The notes beneath the pieces are model-generated. The model was not told the origin of the DNA, ran no database searches, and worked only from the letters and a program-made list of their open reading frames with translations. The translations under genes and the position numbers were made by a program. A stretch of DNA of 64,000 nt from the IMG/VR virus record IMGVR_UViG_3300024981_000252. One strand, written 5' to 3'. Source of the DNA: a virus. This document shows, piece after piece, positions 7,233 to 16,285 of this stretch; positions within the stretch are counted from its first letter, which is position 1, and each line of letters opens with the position of its first letter.

Positions 7233-7346
7233 GGGTCCTTCCCCCCGGGTCGCCGGTGTGGGTAATTTGCGCACGTTGGAAATCCCGTCACGGGATCGAA
7301 TAAGGGTAGCCACCGGGTCTCCCGGTAGCCAGTTGGATAGATAGCC
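7233..7346 (+). other. Putative cos packaging site
   Basis: GGGTCCT (lambda cosQ sequence) at 7233-7239; palindrome ATCCCG-TCA-CGGGAT 7282-7296; repeats GGTAGCCA/GGTAGCCA/GATAGCCA just upstream of terS. Confidence 0.65.
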
Positions 7347-7931
7347 ATGGCGTTGATGGGCATTCGAGAGTACGCGCGACACCGTGGCGTGCGGCATCGT
7401 GCTGTCCAGAAGGCGATCGAGTCGGGTCGCATTCGCTCGGTCGACGGCGAGGACGGTCGCCCGAAGATCGATCCCGTGCAGGCCGATCGCGATTGGGAGC
7501 TCAACACGGACGAGACGCGCGTCGCGTTCACGGCGAATGGTGGCAGGCTCCTCGATGACGGCGCGGCCATGCCTGCGGACGACGATCTGGATGACGACGT
7601 CGACGACGTGCCGTTGAGCGGCGCCGACGATCACGCAAAAGCCTATCGCCACGCTCGCGCGATTCGCGAACGAGCGTCCGCCGAGCTGCGGCAGATCGAG
7701 GTCGAGAAAGCCCGTGGCAAGGTGATCGATGTCGAAGAGGCGCGGCGGATTGCTTACACGGCGTTCCGCCGCCTACGCGATTCCGCGATGTCGGTGGCGC
7801 CGCGCCTGAAGGATTTGTGCGCGGCGGAGTCCGATCCGTTGGTGATCGAGACCATGATCGAGAACGAGATCATGGCGGCATTTGGGCAGATCGATGTGGC
7901 AGCGCTCTTGACTGATCGGGAGGAGGACTGA
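7347..7931 (+). CDS. terS: Terminase small subunit (Nu1-like)
   Basis: N-terminal wHTH MGIREYARHRGVRHRAVQKAIESGRI; precedes TerL. Confidence 0.85.
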   Translation: MALMGIREYARHRGVRHRAVQKAIESGRIRSVDGEDGRPKIDPVQADRDWELNTDETRVAFTANGGRLLDDGAAMPADDDLDDDVDDVPLSGADDHAKAYRHARAIRERASAELRQIEVEKARGKVIDVEEARRIAYTAFRRLRDSAMSVAPRLKDLCAAESDPLVIETMIENEIMAAFGQIDVAALLTDREED

Positions 7932-9925
7932 TGGGTGCCGTCGACGCCTTCATCCGCTCGATCCAGGACGCGATACGTCCGGACGATCGTGGATCGATCT
8001 CGGAGTGGGCCGCCAAGTATCGCATCTTGCCACCCGATACCCCGGAGCCGGGCCCATGGAGGAACGAGCGTACGCCGTGCCTGGTCGAGATCATGGACAC
8101 GCTGTCACCCGCCAGCGGGTACACCGAGGTCTGGCTCAAGAAGGGCCACCAGCTCGGCGGTTCGGCCTTGGGTGAGAACTTCATCGGCCACGCCATCACC
8201 AGCGCGGCCGGCAACATCCTCGGGGTGTTCGCGACGATCGATGACGCGAACAAATGGAACCTGTCACGTTTCGAGCCCATGCGGACCGCGACGCCGGCCT
8301 TGCGCCGCGCGGTCAAGGATCGCGATGTCAAGGGCAGCGACAACACGCAGCGGCGCAAGAAGTTTCCGGGCGGGATGCTGCAGCTGGTCGGCTCGAACCG
8401 CGCCGGGGGGCTGAAGTCGTCCACGATCCGCTATGTTCTGCTGGAGGAGGTCGACGAGTACCCACGCGACGTGGCCAAGCAGGGCGCCGTCCCCGAGCTT
8501 GCGCGCAACCGCACATCCAATTTTGGGAGCAAGGCGCGGATCTTCGGCAACAGCACGCCCACCATCGAGGGCGCGAGCGAGATCGACGGTCAGTTCAATC
8601 GTGGCGACCAGCGGTATTACATGCCGCCGTGTCCTGCGTGTGGCCACCGCCAACGGCTGCTGTGGGAAAACTTCCGATGGGTGGATTCCGACCCCACGAC
8701 TGTAGGTTGCGCGTGTGTTGGCTGTGGCATCGTCTCGAAAGAGCATGAGTGGAAGCGGCTCTTTACCCCGGATATGTGGGTAAAGACCGCGAAAGGGCAG
8801 CCGGGCGTGGCGAGTTTCCACATGCCGAGTCTTCTGGCGCCTCTCGGTTGGCGGTCATGGGTTGACCTGGTCGTGGACTGGCTGGAGGCACAAGGCAATC
8901 CGATCAAGCTGAAACGGTTCATCAACAACGAACTGGCCGAGTGTTGGCAGGAGCAGACGGACCGGGTGCAGTGGGAGGTGTTGAAAGAGCGCGCCGAGCC
9001 GTATGCACTGCGCGCGGTGCCGCGTGGGTATTACGTACTCACCCTCGGCGTGGACACGCAGGACACATGGTTGGCCGCTCAACTTGTCGCCTGGGGCCGA
9101 GGTGAGCGGGCGTTGGTGCTGGACTACTTCGAAATCCACGGCGACCTGACGCTCGATCCGTCGAATCCGGACAGTCCCTGGTTCAAGTTGGATGCGTACC
9201 GTCACCAGGCATTCCGCAACGAATTCGGCATCGACCTGCGGGTCAGCATGACGGCGGTCGATACGGGTGGCCTGCATACGCATACGGTCTACAACTATTG
9301 CCGCGCCCGCCGGCATGACAGCGTGATTGCGATCAAGGGGGATCGCCCTGGCAAACCCATTCTGGGACGGTCCAGCCGACAAGATGTCAAGAACGGCAAG
9401 GGCGACATCATGAAGAACGGTGTGCAGCTTTGGTTCGTGGGCGGCGATACGGCGAAGTCGTCCTTGTTCGCACGAATGGACGCGGACGAAGAAGCGGGGC
9501 GGGTCGGCGCCGATCGCCTCTTGCGCTTTAGCACGCAGTTGCCCGACATCTATTTCAAGGGGTTGACCGCGGAGGTATACAAGGTCGAGCTGGGCCGGTG
9601 GGAAAAGTTGGCCGGGCGCCGCAACGAGTCGCTGGACACGCTGGTCTATGCCTATGCCGCGGCCTGCCATCCGACCGTGCGTATCCATACGGCACGCGTG
9701 GCCGAGTGGGACGAGCTCGAGCGGCTGCTGGAGCCGCGCCACCGCGATCTATTCGGTGGGGTGCCGCCGGCGGCTGAAGTAGCTCCTGCGGCGGCGCCGG
9801 TGGTACCTGTGTCACCCGCTCCTGTCACCAGTCCCGTGCAGACGTCTGCACGAGACGAGGAGCTGGAAACCGTCACGGCCGGCGACGATGGCTGGCTTTC
9901 GAACACCGACAACTGGCTGAACTGA
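7931..9925 (+). CDS. terL: Terminase large subunit (lambda GpA family)
   Basis: KKGHQLGGS Walker A-like motif, LLEEVDEY Walker B, STPT, CPACGH, LGVDTQ nuclease, NESLD. Confidence 0.96.
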   Translation: MGAVDAFIRSIQDAIRPDDRGSISEWAAKYRILPPDTPEPGPWRNERTPCLVEIMDTLSPASGYTEVWLKKGHQLGGSALGENFIGHAITSAAGNILGVFATIDDANKWNLSRFEPMRTATPALRRAVKDRDVKGSDNTQRRKKFPGGMLQLVGSNRAGGLKSSTIRYVLLEEVDEYPRDVAKQGAVPELARNRTSNFGSKARIFGNSTPTIEGASEIDGQFNRGDQRYYMPPCPACGHRQRLLWENFRWVDSDPTTVGCACVGCGIVSKEHEWKRLFTPDMWVKTAKGQPGVASFHMPSLLAPLGWRSWVDLVVDWLEAQGNPIKLKRFINNELAECWQEQTDRVQWEVLKERAEPYALRAVPRGYYVLTLGVDTQDTWLAAQLVAWGRGERALVLDYFEIHGDLTLDPSNPDSPWFKLDAYRHQAFRNEFGIDLRVSMTAVDTGGLHTHTVYNYCRARRHDSVIAIKGDRPGKPILGRSSRQDVKNGKGDIMKNGVQLWFVGGDTAKSSLFARMDADEEAGRVGADRLLRFSTQLPDIYFKGLTAEVYKVELGRWEKLAGRRNESLDTLVYAYAAACHPTVRIHTARVAEWDELERLLEPRHRDLFGGVPPAAEVAPAAAPVVPVSPAPVTSPVQTSARDEELETVTAGDDGWLSNTDNWLN

Positions 9926-9927
9926 AC

Positions 9928-10140
9928 ATGGCATTCACAAACACACAATTGGCCGCGCTCGAACGCGCGATCGCCTCGGGCAGCCTAACGGTTGCCTATG
10001 ACGGCAAGACGGTGACGTACCGGAACATGGACGATCTGATCCGGGCCTACAACTTCGTGAAGGGTCAGCTCGATGTGGCGGGCGGTTCCGTCGTCACGAA
10101 CCGCGGGCCGGCCCATCTGGCTGTGTTCGACAGGGGGTAA
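9928..10140 (+). CDS. Head-tail joining protein (gpW-like)
   Basis: LAALERAIASGSLTVAYDGKTVTYRNMDDL. Confidence 0.88.
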   Translation: MAFTNTQLAALERAIASGSLTVAYDGKTVTYRNMDDLIRAYNFVKGQLDVAGGSVVTNRGPAHLAVFDRG

Positions 10141-10141
10141 C

Positions 10142-11602
10142 GTGAACTGGCTCGACAGCATGATCGGGTATCTCAGCCCGGCCACCGGCGCCCGTCGCAT
10201 CCATGCTCGCATCGCGATGGACATGGCGCGCTCGTACGACGCCGGACGGCGCGGCCGACGCACGGCGAACTGGCGCGCCGGCGGAGGCAGCGCCAATGCC
10301 GAGATTCTTCCGGACTTGCAGACTGTCCGGAACCGGTGTCGCGACATGGTCCGGAACAACGAGTATGCAGCCAAGGCGCTCGACACAATGGTCGGCGATC
10401 TGGTCGGTACCGGCATCGTGGCAAGGGCCGCCGATCAACAGGTTTGGATGGACTGGTGTGACTACTGCGATGCGGACGAGCAGCTCGATTTCAATGGGTT
10501 GATCGAGCTGCTGGTGCGGGGCCGCAAGGAGGTCGGTGAGGGCCTGGTACGGTTCCGGCCTCGGCGCCCAGAGGACGGTCTGGCCGTGCCTCTGCAGGTG
10601 CAGGTGCTGGAGGCGGATCACCTCGACAGCTACAAGACGGGTCCCTTGTCCAATGGGAATTTCGTGATCGCCGGCGTAGAGTTCGATCAACTCGGCCGCC
10701 GGCGGGCGTATTGGCTCTATCCGGTTCATCCTGGCGAGGTCGCCAGCTATCGGGTGAGATCCCTCGAGAGCAAGCGGGTTCCTGCGGAAGATGTCATCCA
10801 CTACTACCGCAAGCGGCGCGCCTCTCAGGTGCGGGGTATGGCGGAGATGGCGGTGGCGCTCATGCGCTTGCGCGACCTGGCGGACTACGAGCAGGCGGAA
10901 CTCGTTCGAAAGAAAATCGAGGCTTGCTTCGTGGCGTTCGTTCGGACGGATGACTCAAGCCAGACGCTCGGCGGCAATGTGGACCTCGGCGACAAGCGCC
11001 GCAAGCCTGGGGAGGAGAAAGTCTCGCCCGGGATGATCAAGTATTTGAGTGGCGCCGATGGCGTGGAGTTTGGCTCGCCGGCGTCCTCGGGCGGATATGG
11101 GGAGTACACCCGCTCGCAGCTCTACGCGGTTTCGGCGGGCACCGGCGTCATGTACTCGTCCATGACGGGGGACCACTCGCAAGCCAACTACTCGAGCATG
11201 CGGTCGGCCAACATGGACTATCGCAAGTTGATCGCCCAGGAACAATGGTTGGCACTCGTGCCAATGGTGCTCAATCGTGTGGCTGCCCGGGTCCAGGCCG
11301 CCGCAGTGCTGGCCGGCGTGCAGAAAGCGCGGCCGCAGCGCTATGAATGGGCCATGCCGAAGGTGGACCTAGTGGATCCGCTGAAAGACATCATGGCGAC
11401 GAAAGAGGGGTTGCGCGGCGGTCTGCAGTCGCTCTCCGCGGCGATCCGCGAGCGTGGCGACGATCCCGGTGCGGTATTCCGGGAGATCGCTGACGAGCGG
11501 GCCCGCCTCAAGGAACTCGGCATTCTGTCGGACGCCGATCCTGCGGTCAGCGACAAGCTGATCCCCCCGGAAGTGGTGGCCGAGCTGCTCGGCGCCAAGT
11601 AG
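10142..11602 (+). CDS. Portal protein, lambda family
   Basis: RNRCRDMVRNN, LEADHLD, GVEFDQLGRRRAYW, QVRG, NYSSMR; GTG start at 10142. Confidence 0.95.
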   Translation: MNWLDSMIGYLSPATGARRIHARIAMDMARSYDAGRRGRRTANWRAGGGSANAEILPDLQTVRNRCRDMVRNNEYAAKALDTMVGDLVGTGIVARAADQQVWMDWCDYCDADEQLDFNGLIELLVRGRKEVGEGLVRFRPRRPEDGLAVPLQVQVLEADHLDSYKTGPLSNGNFVIAGVEFDQLGRRRAYWLYPVHPGEVASYRVRSLESKRVPAEDVIHYYRKRRASQVRGMAEMAVALMRLRDLADYEQAELVRKKIEACFVAFVRTDDSSQTLGGNVDLGDKRRKPGEEKVSPGMIKYLSGADGVEFGSPASSGGYGEYTRSQLYAVSAGTGVMYSSMTGDHSQANYSSMRSANMDYRKLIAQEQWLALVPMVLNRVAARVQAAAVLAGVQKARPQRYEWAMPKVDLVDPLKDIMATKEGLRGGLQSLSAAIRERGDDPGAVFREIADERARLKELGILSDADPAVSDKLIPPEVVAELLGAK

Positions 11603-11624
11603 GCCCGAACATTCCTTCAACACT

Positions 11625-11650
11625 GCCCCGCCGCCGCGGGGCTTTTTTTT
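11625..11650 (+). terminator. Intrinsic terminator between portal and capsid genes
   Basis: GCCCCGC-CGCC-GCGGGGC followed by T8. Confidence 0.75.
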
Positions 11651-11659
11651 GAGGTTCCC

Positions 11660-13768
11660 ATGCCCCAGAACACGATAACTCCGGCGGCCCAGCGCCGCGA
11701 AACCCAGCAGCTGCCGCTGGGTGCTGTTCCCGGCGTCGAAATACGCGATTTGCCTTTGCAGACGCGCGTGCAGCCCATCGGCGAGGTCAATGCGGAAACC
11801 CGCAGCGCCGAGATGACGTGGACCACCGGGGCTGCGGTGCAGCGATACGACTGGTGGAACGAGCGGGGCTATCTCGAGGAACTCAGCCTCGATCCCGCAC
11901 ATGTCCGAATGGACCGCTTGCTTTCCGGTCGTGCGCCAATGCTGAACACTCATTCACGCTGGCGCCTAAACGATGTTCTGGGCGTTGTCGACGTCGCTGC
12001 GCTTGAGCCGGAGCCCACTTGCACGGTTCGCTTCAGCAAGCGGGAGGACGTCGAGCCCATCTATCAGGACGTCCTCGACCGCATCATCGCCAACGTTTCC
12101 GTCGGGTACGCCGTCTACCAGTATGAGCGGATCCCCCCGACGAAAGAGGGCGAGATGTGGCGATATCGCGCCATTGACTGGGAGCCGTTCGAGGTGTCCC
12201 TCGTTCCCGTGGGAGCTGAAGTCAATAGCGCGGTGCGCGCTGCGGATGGTGCGGATTCCGCACCCGAGCAGCAACTGCGCACATATCCCTGCCAGTTTAT
12301 CGATGTAGTCCGTTCAACGCCGGCAGCCGCTGGCAATTCAACCCAAGAGGAAAGAGCAATGCCTCCCGAAGACAACACGCAGCAACCGGCGGCCAACACC
12401 GGCGCCGCAACCCAGCAGAACGCGGACGCCCAACAGCGGGCCCTCGAGCAAGCCCGAGTGGAGGGCGGCCGCGCCGAGGCGGAACGGCAGACCGGCATCC
12501 GGGAGGCTGTCCGCATGGGCGGCCTCGAGCCTGCCTTCGCGGACGAGCTGATCGGCCGCGAAGGTATGACCGCCCAAGACGCCGGCCTGGCTGTTCTGCG
12601 CGAAATCGCCAAACGCGGCGAAGCCAGTTCGACCCGCTCGGCGGCGGACATCCAGACCATCCTGGACGAAACCGATCGTCGCCGGGAAGCGATCGGCGAT
12701 GCCATCGTCCTGCGGGCCAATCCCCGGGCCGTGACGGACGCACCGCGCCTGGCGGCGGCGCGGCAGTACCGAGGCATGACTCTGATCGACATGGCACGCG
12801 AGGCGATCGAGCTCGCGGGCGGTCGCGCCCGGGGTCTCAGCCGGCGTGAGATTGCCACCGCCTCGCTCAACCTGGATTCCGATCTGAGGGTGCGGGCCGG
12901 CATGCAAAGCACGTCGGATTTCCCGAACATCTTGGCCAACACCGTGCGCCGGACGCTGCGCCAGGCCTACCAGCTGCAGCCGCGGACCTTCGTGCCGTGG
13001 ACGCGGATGGCGACCGCCCCCGATTTCAAGGAGGTTGCGCGCACGCAGTTGTCCGAGTCGACCGTGTTCCAAAAGGTGAAAGAGGGCGGTGAGTACAAGG
13101 CGATCACCTTCGGCGATTCGGCTGAGAAATACGCGCTGGGCAAGTACGGCGGCATCGTCACGTTGACCTGGGAAACGCTGGTCAACGATGACCTCGGCGC
13201 GTTCGATCGCATTCCGTTCGCTCTGGCGGCGGAGGCGGCTGCGCTCGAGGGCGATCTGGTGTACGGCATTCTGACCAGCAATCCCGCCATGGCCGATGGA
13301 ACGGCGCTCTTCCACGCCAATCACGGCAACCTGGCCGCCTCCGGTTCCGCCATCAGCGATACCGCGCTGACGGCCGGCCGCAGTGCCATGCGCAAGCAAA
13401 CCGGGATGAAGGGGCGGGTCTTGAACCTGACTCCCAGTTATCTCGTCGTGGGCCCGGACAAGGAAGGGGAGGCCAACAAATATACGTCGACGCAATTCGT
13501 GGCGGCGAAGTCGGTGGACATCAACCCCGCCTACAACACCTCGTTGGAGGTCGTCGTCGATCCTCGGATCCCCGGCAATGCCTGGCACCTGATTGCGGAG
13601 CCGGCGATGGTCGACACGATCGAATATTCCTATCTCGAAGGCGAGGACGGTCTCTACACGGAGCAGCGGACCGGATTCGAGGTCGATGGCGTACAGGTCA
13701 AGGCCCGCCACGTGTTCGCTGCCAAGGCGATCGACTGGCGCGGCCTTTACAAGAACGGCGGCGCCTGA
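11660..13768 (+). CDS. Prohead protease-major capsid fusion protein (702 aa)
   Basis: N-terminal HK97-type protease (LNTH, VSVGY, EVSLVPVGA); C-terminal capsid (STSDFPNILAN, DDLGAF, KARHVFAAKAIDWRG). Confidence 0.92.
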   Translation: MPQNTITPAAQRRETQQLPLGAVPGVEIRDLPLQTRVQPIGEVNAETRSAEMTWTTGAAVQRYDWWNERGYLEELSLDPAHVRMDRLLSGRAPMLNTHSRWRLNDVLGVVDVAALEPEPTCTVRFSKREDVEPIYQDVLDRIIANVSVGYAVYQYERIPPTKEGEMWRYRAIDWEPFEVSLVPVGAEVNSAVRAADGADSAPEQQLRTYPCQFIDVVRSTPAAAGNSTQEERAMPPEDNTQQPAANTGAATQQNADAQQRALEQARVEGGRAEAERQTGIREAVRMGGLEPAFADELIGREGMTAQDAGLAVLREIAKRGEASSTRSAADIQTILDETDRRREAIGDAIVLRANPRAVTDAPRLAAARQYRGMTLIDMAREAIELAGGRARGLSRREIATASLNLDSDLRVRAGMQSTSDFPNILANTVRRTLRQAYQLQPRTFVPWTRMATAPDFKEVARTQLSESTVFQKVKEGGEYKAITFGDSAEKYALGKYGGIVTLTWETLVNDDLGAFDRIPFALAAEAAALEGDLVYGILTSNPAMADGTALFHANHGNLAASGSAISDTALTAGRSAMRKQTGMKGRVLNLTPSYLVVGPDKEGEANKYTSTQFVAAKSVDINPAYNTSLEVVVDPRIPGNAWHLIAEPAMVDTIEYSYLEGEDGLYTEQRTGFEVDGVQVKARHVFAAKAIDWRGLYKNGGA

Positions 13769-13785
13769 CCCTGATTCTGAACCCC

Positions 13786-13809
13786 GGCGCCGGCAACTCG
13801 GCCGGCGCC
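13786..13809 (+). other. GC-rich hairpin after the capsid gene
   Basis: GGCGCCGGC-AACTCG-GCCGGCGCC, perfect 9-bp stem. Confidence 0.6.
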
Positions 13810-13828
13810 TTCAATCAAAGGAAATTTC

Positions 13829-14161
13829 ATGCAGAACTTCGTGCAATCGGGCCGGACGCTCACGCTGCCGGCGCCCTACGATGTCGCCTCCGGCGGCGCC
13901 GTTCTGGTGGGCAAGATTTTCGGTATCGCGGTGACCGACGTGGCGAGCGGCGCGCAAGGCGAGTTCGATACCGAAGGCGTTTTCACCCTGCCGGTTCTCG
14001 GTACCGACACCGCGGCCGTAGGCGCAGTCGCGTACTGGGACGCCACCAACAAGCGTCTCACGACCACGGCGACCGACAACACGCGGGTAGGCGTCTTCGT
14101 CGCCGCGAAGGCCTCCGCCGTGGCGGTGGGGCAGATCAAGGTCGACGCGGTCATCGCGTAA
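13829..14161 (+). CDS. DUF2190-family capsid cement/decoration protein
   Basis: MQNFVQSGRTLTLPAPYDVASGGAVLVG...GVFTLP. Confidence 0.85.
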   Translation: MQNFVQSGRTLTLPAPYDVASGGAVLVGKIFGIAVTDVASGAQGEFDTEGVFTLPVLGTDTAAVGAVAYWDATNKRLTTTATDNTRVGVFVAAKASAVAVGQIKVDAVIA

Positions 14162-14469
14162 TGGGCTGGGATCCGTCCGTCTTCAAGGATGAGTTCGTCG
14201 CGGCGGGCATTTGGGTGCCTGCCGTGGTGACGATCGGCTCGGTTGTGCACGATCCGGTCTATGTCGGCTACACGGAGCCGCGCGAGCTGATCCTGGGGGG
14301 CGCCGTCATGGCGGCCGGCTACTCGATCGAGTTCGAGGCGGGTGACCTGCCCGGCCTCGCGCTGCACGACCAGGTCGTGGTGGCGGGGAAGATATTCCGG
14401 CTGAGCCAACCTCCTCGGGCGCGGGGCGAGGGGTTCTTCTCGGTCGCGGAGCTGGAACTGGTGGCATGA
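14161..14469 (+). CDS. Head-tail joining protein (gpFII-like)
   Basis: Position and size; beta-rich sequence. Confidence 0.6.
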   Translation: MGWDPSVFKDEFVAAGIWVPAVVTIGSVVHDPVYVGYTEPRELILGGAVMAAGYSIEFEAGDLPGLALHDQVVVAGKIFRLSQPPRARGEGFFSVAELELVA

Positions 14470-14906
14470 GCACCGTCACAGAGGAAATTTATCAGGCATG
14501 CGTGAGTCGATGGCAGGCGCTCGCGCTGCCCGGTGGCGCGCGGGTGTTCGATCGAACGCGGGTCGCGGCTTTCCTGCGCGACAACATGCCGTGCGTGCGG
14601 GTCCGGGAAGGTGCGGACCTGCGCGTGGGGCCGCAGAGCGACGACGTGGACGAGCGGGAGCTCACGCTCATGGCGGAGGTGTTCCTCCACGGCGAGACGC
14701 AGGACGCGCTGGCGGATCCGATTCGTCAGGCGCTTGCGCGTGCGTTGTGGGAGGAGCCGATGCTCGGAGGCCTGTGTCACTGGATCTCCACCGCGGACCG
14801 GCCGGCACCGCTCAGCGCGGAAGCGGATGGATTGCAGCAGCAAATCGTGCAGCACTTCCGGGTGCGCTATCTCGTCAAGGATTCCGACCTTTCCAGGCCG
14901 GATTAA
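14466..14906 (+). CDS. Tail terminator-like protein
   Basis: Position; DALADPIRQALARALWEEPMLGGLC. Confidence 0.6.
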   Translation: MSTVTEEIYQACVSRWQALALPGGARVFDRTRVAAFLRDNMPCVRVREGADLRVGPQSDDVDERELTLMAEVFLHGETQDALADPIRQALARALWEEPMLGGLCHWISTADRPAPLSAEADGLQQQIVQHFRVRYLVKDSDLSRPD

Positions 14907-14921
14907 CTACAAGGAATTATC

Positions 14922-15656
14922 ATGCGTCAAAAGGCACAGTGGAGTTTCGGCGCCGGGTCGCTCTATTACAGAAAGGCCGGTGTGACGCCTATCAGGGTGG
15001 CAACGTTGCAGGGCGTGGACATCGACATCTCGTTCTCCACGAAAGACCTGGTGGGCGAACGGACGTTCGCCGAGGCGACCGCCAGGGCGGCGGCAACGAT
15101 TACCGGGAAGGTGGCGAGCGGTCGCTTCGACGGCAGGGCGGTCGGGCAACTGTTCTTCAACGAAGAGCCGACGGAGGGCCGTATCGAACTGGTGTCCGAG
15201 AAGCGGCTGGCGGTACCGGCGACGACGCCATTTACGGTGAACGTCATCGGGGTCGGAGAGACGTTCGACAGTGATCTCGGCGTGGTGGACGGCGCGACCG
15301 GGGGTTTCTTCGATCGGGTGGACGATGCTGGGGACCTGGTGCCTGGCAAGTACTTGGTGTCGGGCGGCACGTACACCTTCGACGAGGACGATGCCGGAAA
15401 GACGGTGCTCGTCAGTTTCATGCGGGGCGTCTCCGGCGGCTCGACCACCCTCATCACCAACCAGATGATGGACATCGCGCCGACGTTCGAACTGGTCAGT
15501 GCCGACAGCAAGGGGATGATGATCCAGCTCTACGCCTGCACGTTCAGCAAACTGACCCTGCAGCGCAAGAACGACGATTTCCTCATCCCGAACATGGAGT
15601 TCGGCGCGTATGCCGACGACATCCGAGGTGTCGGCCGCCTGTCAGGAGTGGTGTGA
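14922..15656 (+). CDS. Major tail (tube) protein
   Basis: FGAGSLY...LQGVDIDISFSTKDLVGE...KNDDFLIPNMEF; strong RBS. Confidence 0.75.
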   Translation: MRQKAQWSFGAGSLYYRKAGVTPIRVATLQGVDIDISFSTKDLVGERTFAEATARAAATITGKVASGRFDGRAVGQLFFNEEPTEGRIELVSEKRLAVPATTPFTVNVIGVGETFDSDLGVVDGATGGFFDRVDDAGDLVPGKYLVSGGTYTFDEDDAGKTVLVSFMRGVSGGSTTLITNQMMDIAPTFELVSADSKGMMIQLYACTFSKLTLQRKNDDFLIPNMEFGAYADDIRGVGRLSGVV

Positions 15657-15657
15657 C

Positions 15658-16014
15658 ATGCGAATCGTCATTCAGTACGAAGGCAAGTCGGTCGAGCTGG
15701 AATCGATTGCCACGCCATTGCCCGGGCCCGAGCACATACTGGGAGACGTAAGGCTGGCGATCCCGGCGGCCTTGTACGTCGACATCCTCGCCTACAACGA
15801 GCAAGTCGAGGCCTTGAGTGCGGGATCGCTGGCCGCCTCGGCGTTCGGGCGGGCTCGGATCCAGCTCATCTACCGCACGCTGCTGCGCAACTGGCCTGAG
15901 CTGCCGGAGGGCTGGGTGCGCGCGCACCTGGACATCGAGAACATCGACACGCTACAGGCCGCGGTCCTGCGGCAAGGGGTATCGCCGGGGGAGGGGGCGG
16001 CGGAGAGCGCCTGA
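15658..16014 (+). CDS. Tail assembly chaperone (gpG-like)
   Basis: Between tube and tape measure genes; ends in a GGGGGAG slippery run. Confidence 0.7.
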   Translation: MRIVIQYEGKSVELESIATPLPGPEHILGDVRLAIPAALYVDILAYNEQVEALSAGSLAASAFGRARIQLIYRTLLRNWPELPEGWVRAHLDIENIDTLQAAVLRQGVSPGEGAAESA

Positions 16015-16037
16015 CCCGAGGGCGCTACCACGAGCTC

Positions 16038-16277
16038 GTGGCGTATCTCTGCATGTCGTTCGGCTGGTCCTGGGAGTTTGTCGAGGGGCGGCTCGACCAG
16101 GATTGGCTGGGCGACATGAATCGGTCTCTCCGCCGACATCCGCCGGTCCATCTCCTGGTCCGCTCGCTCTTCCAGGTCGAGGAAGGGGAGGACGAGCCGG
16201 ATGCCCCCGAGGATGACGACGCCCGCCGTTCACAGTTCATCGAGGCATTCCGAGGCCTCGGCGGCACTCTTCACTGA
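16038..16277 (+). CDS. Tail assembly chaperone gpT-like part (probably a -1 frameshift product)
   Basis: This frame is open back through 15987-15993 and lacks a good RBS. Confidence 0.65.
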   Translation: MAYLCMSFGWSWEFVEGRLDQDWLGDMNRSLRRHPPVHLLVRSLFQVEEGEDEPDAPEDDDARRSQFIEAFRGLGGTLH

Positions 16278-16285
16278 TCGAGATC

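Noticed and set aside
12338-13711. 457-aa minus-strand ORF (likewise 6596-7570, 8855-9742, 21416-22600, 35763-37100)
   Set aside because: Shadow ORFs of high-GC genes on the opposite strand or another frame; no motifs.
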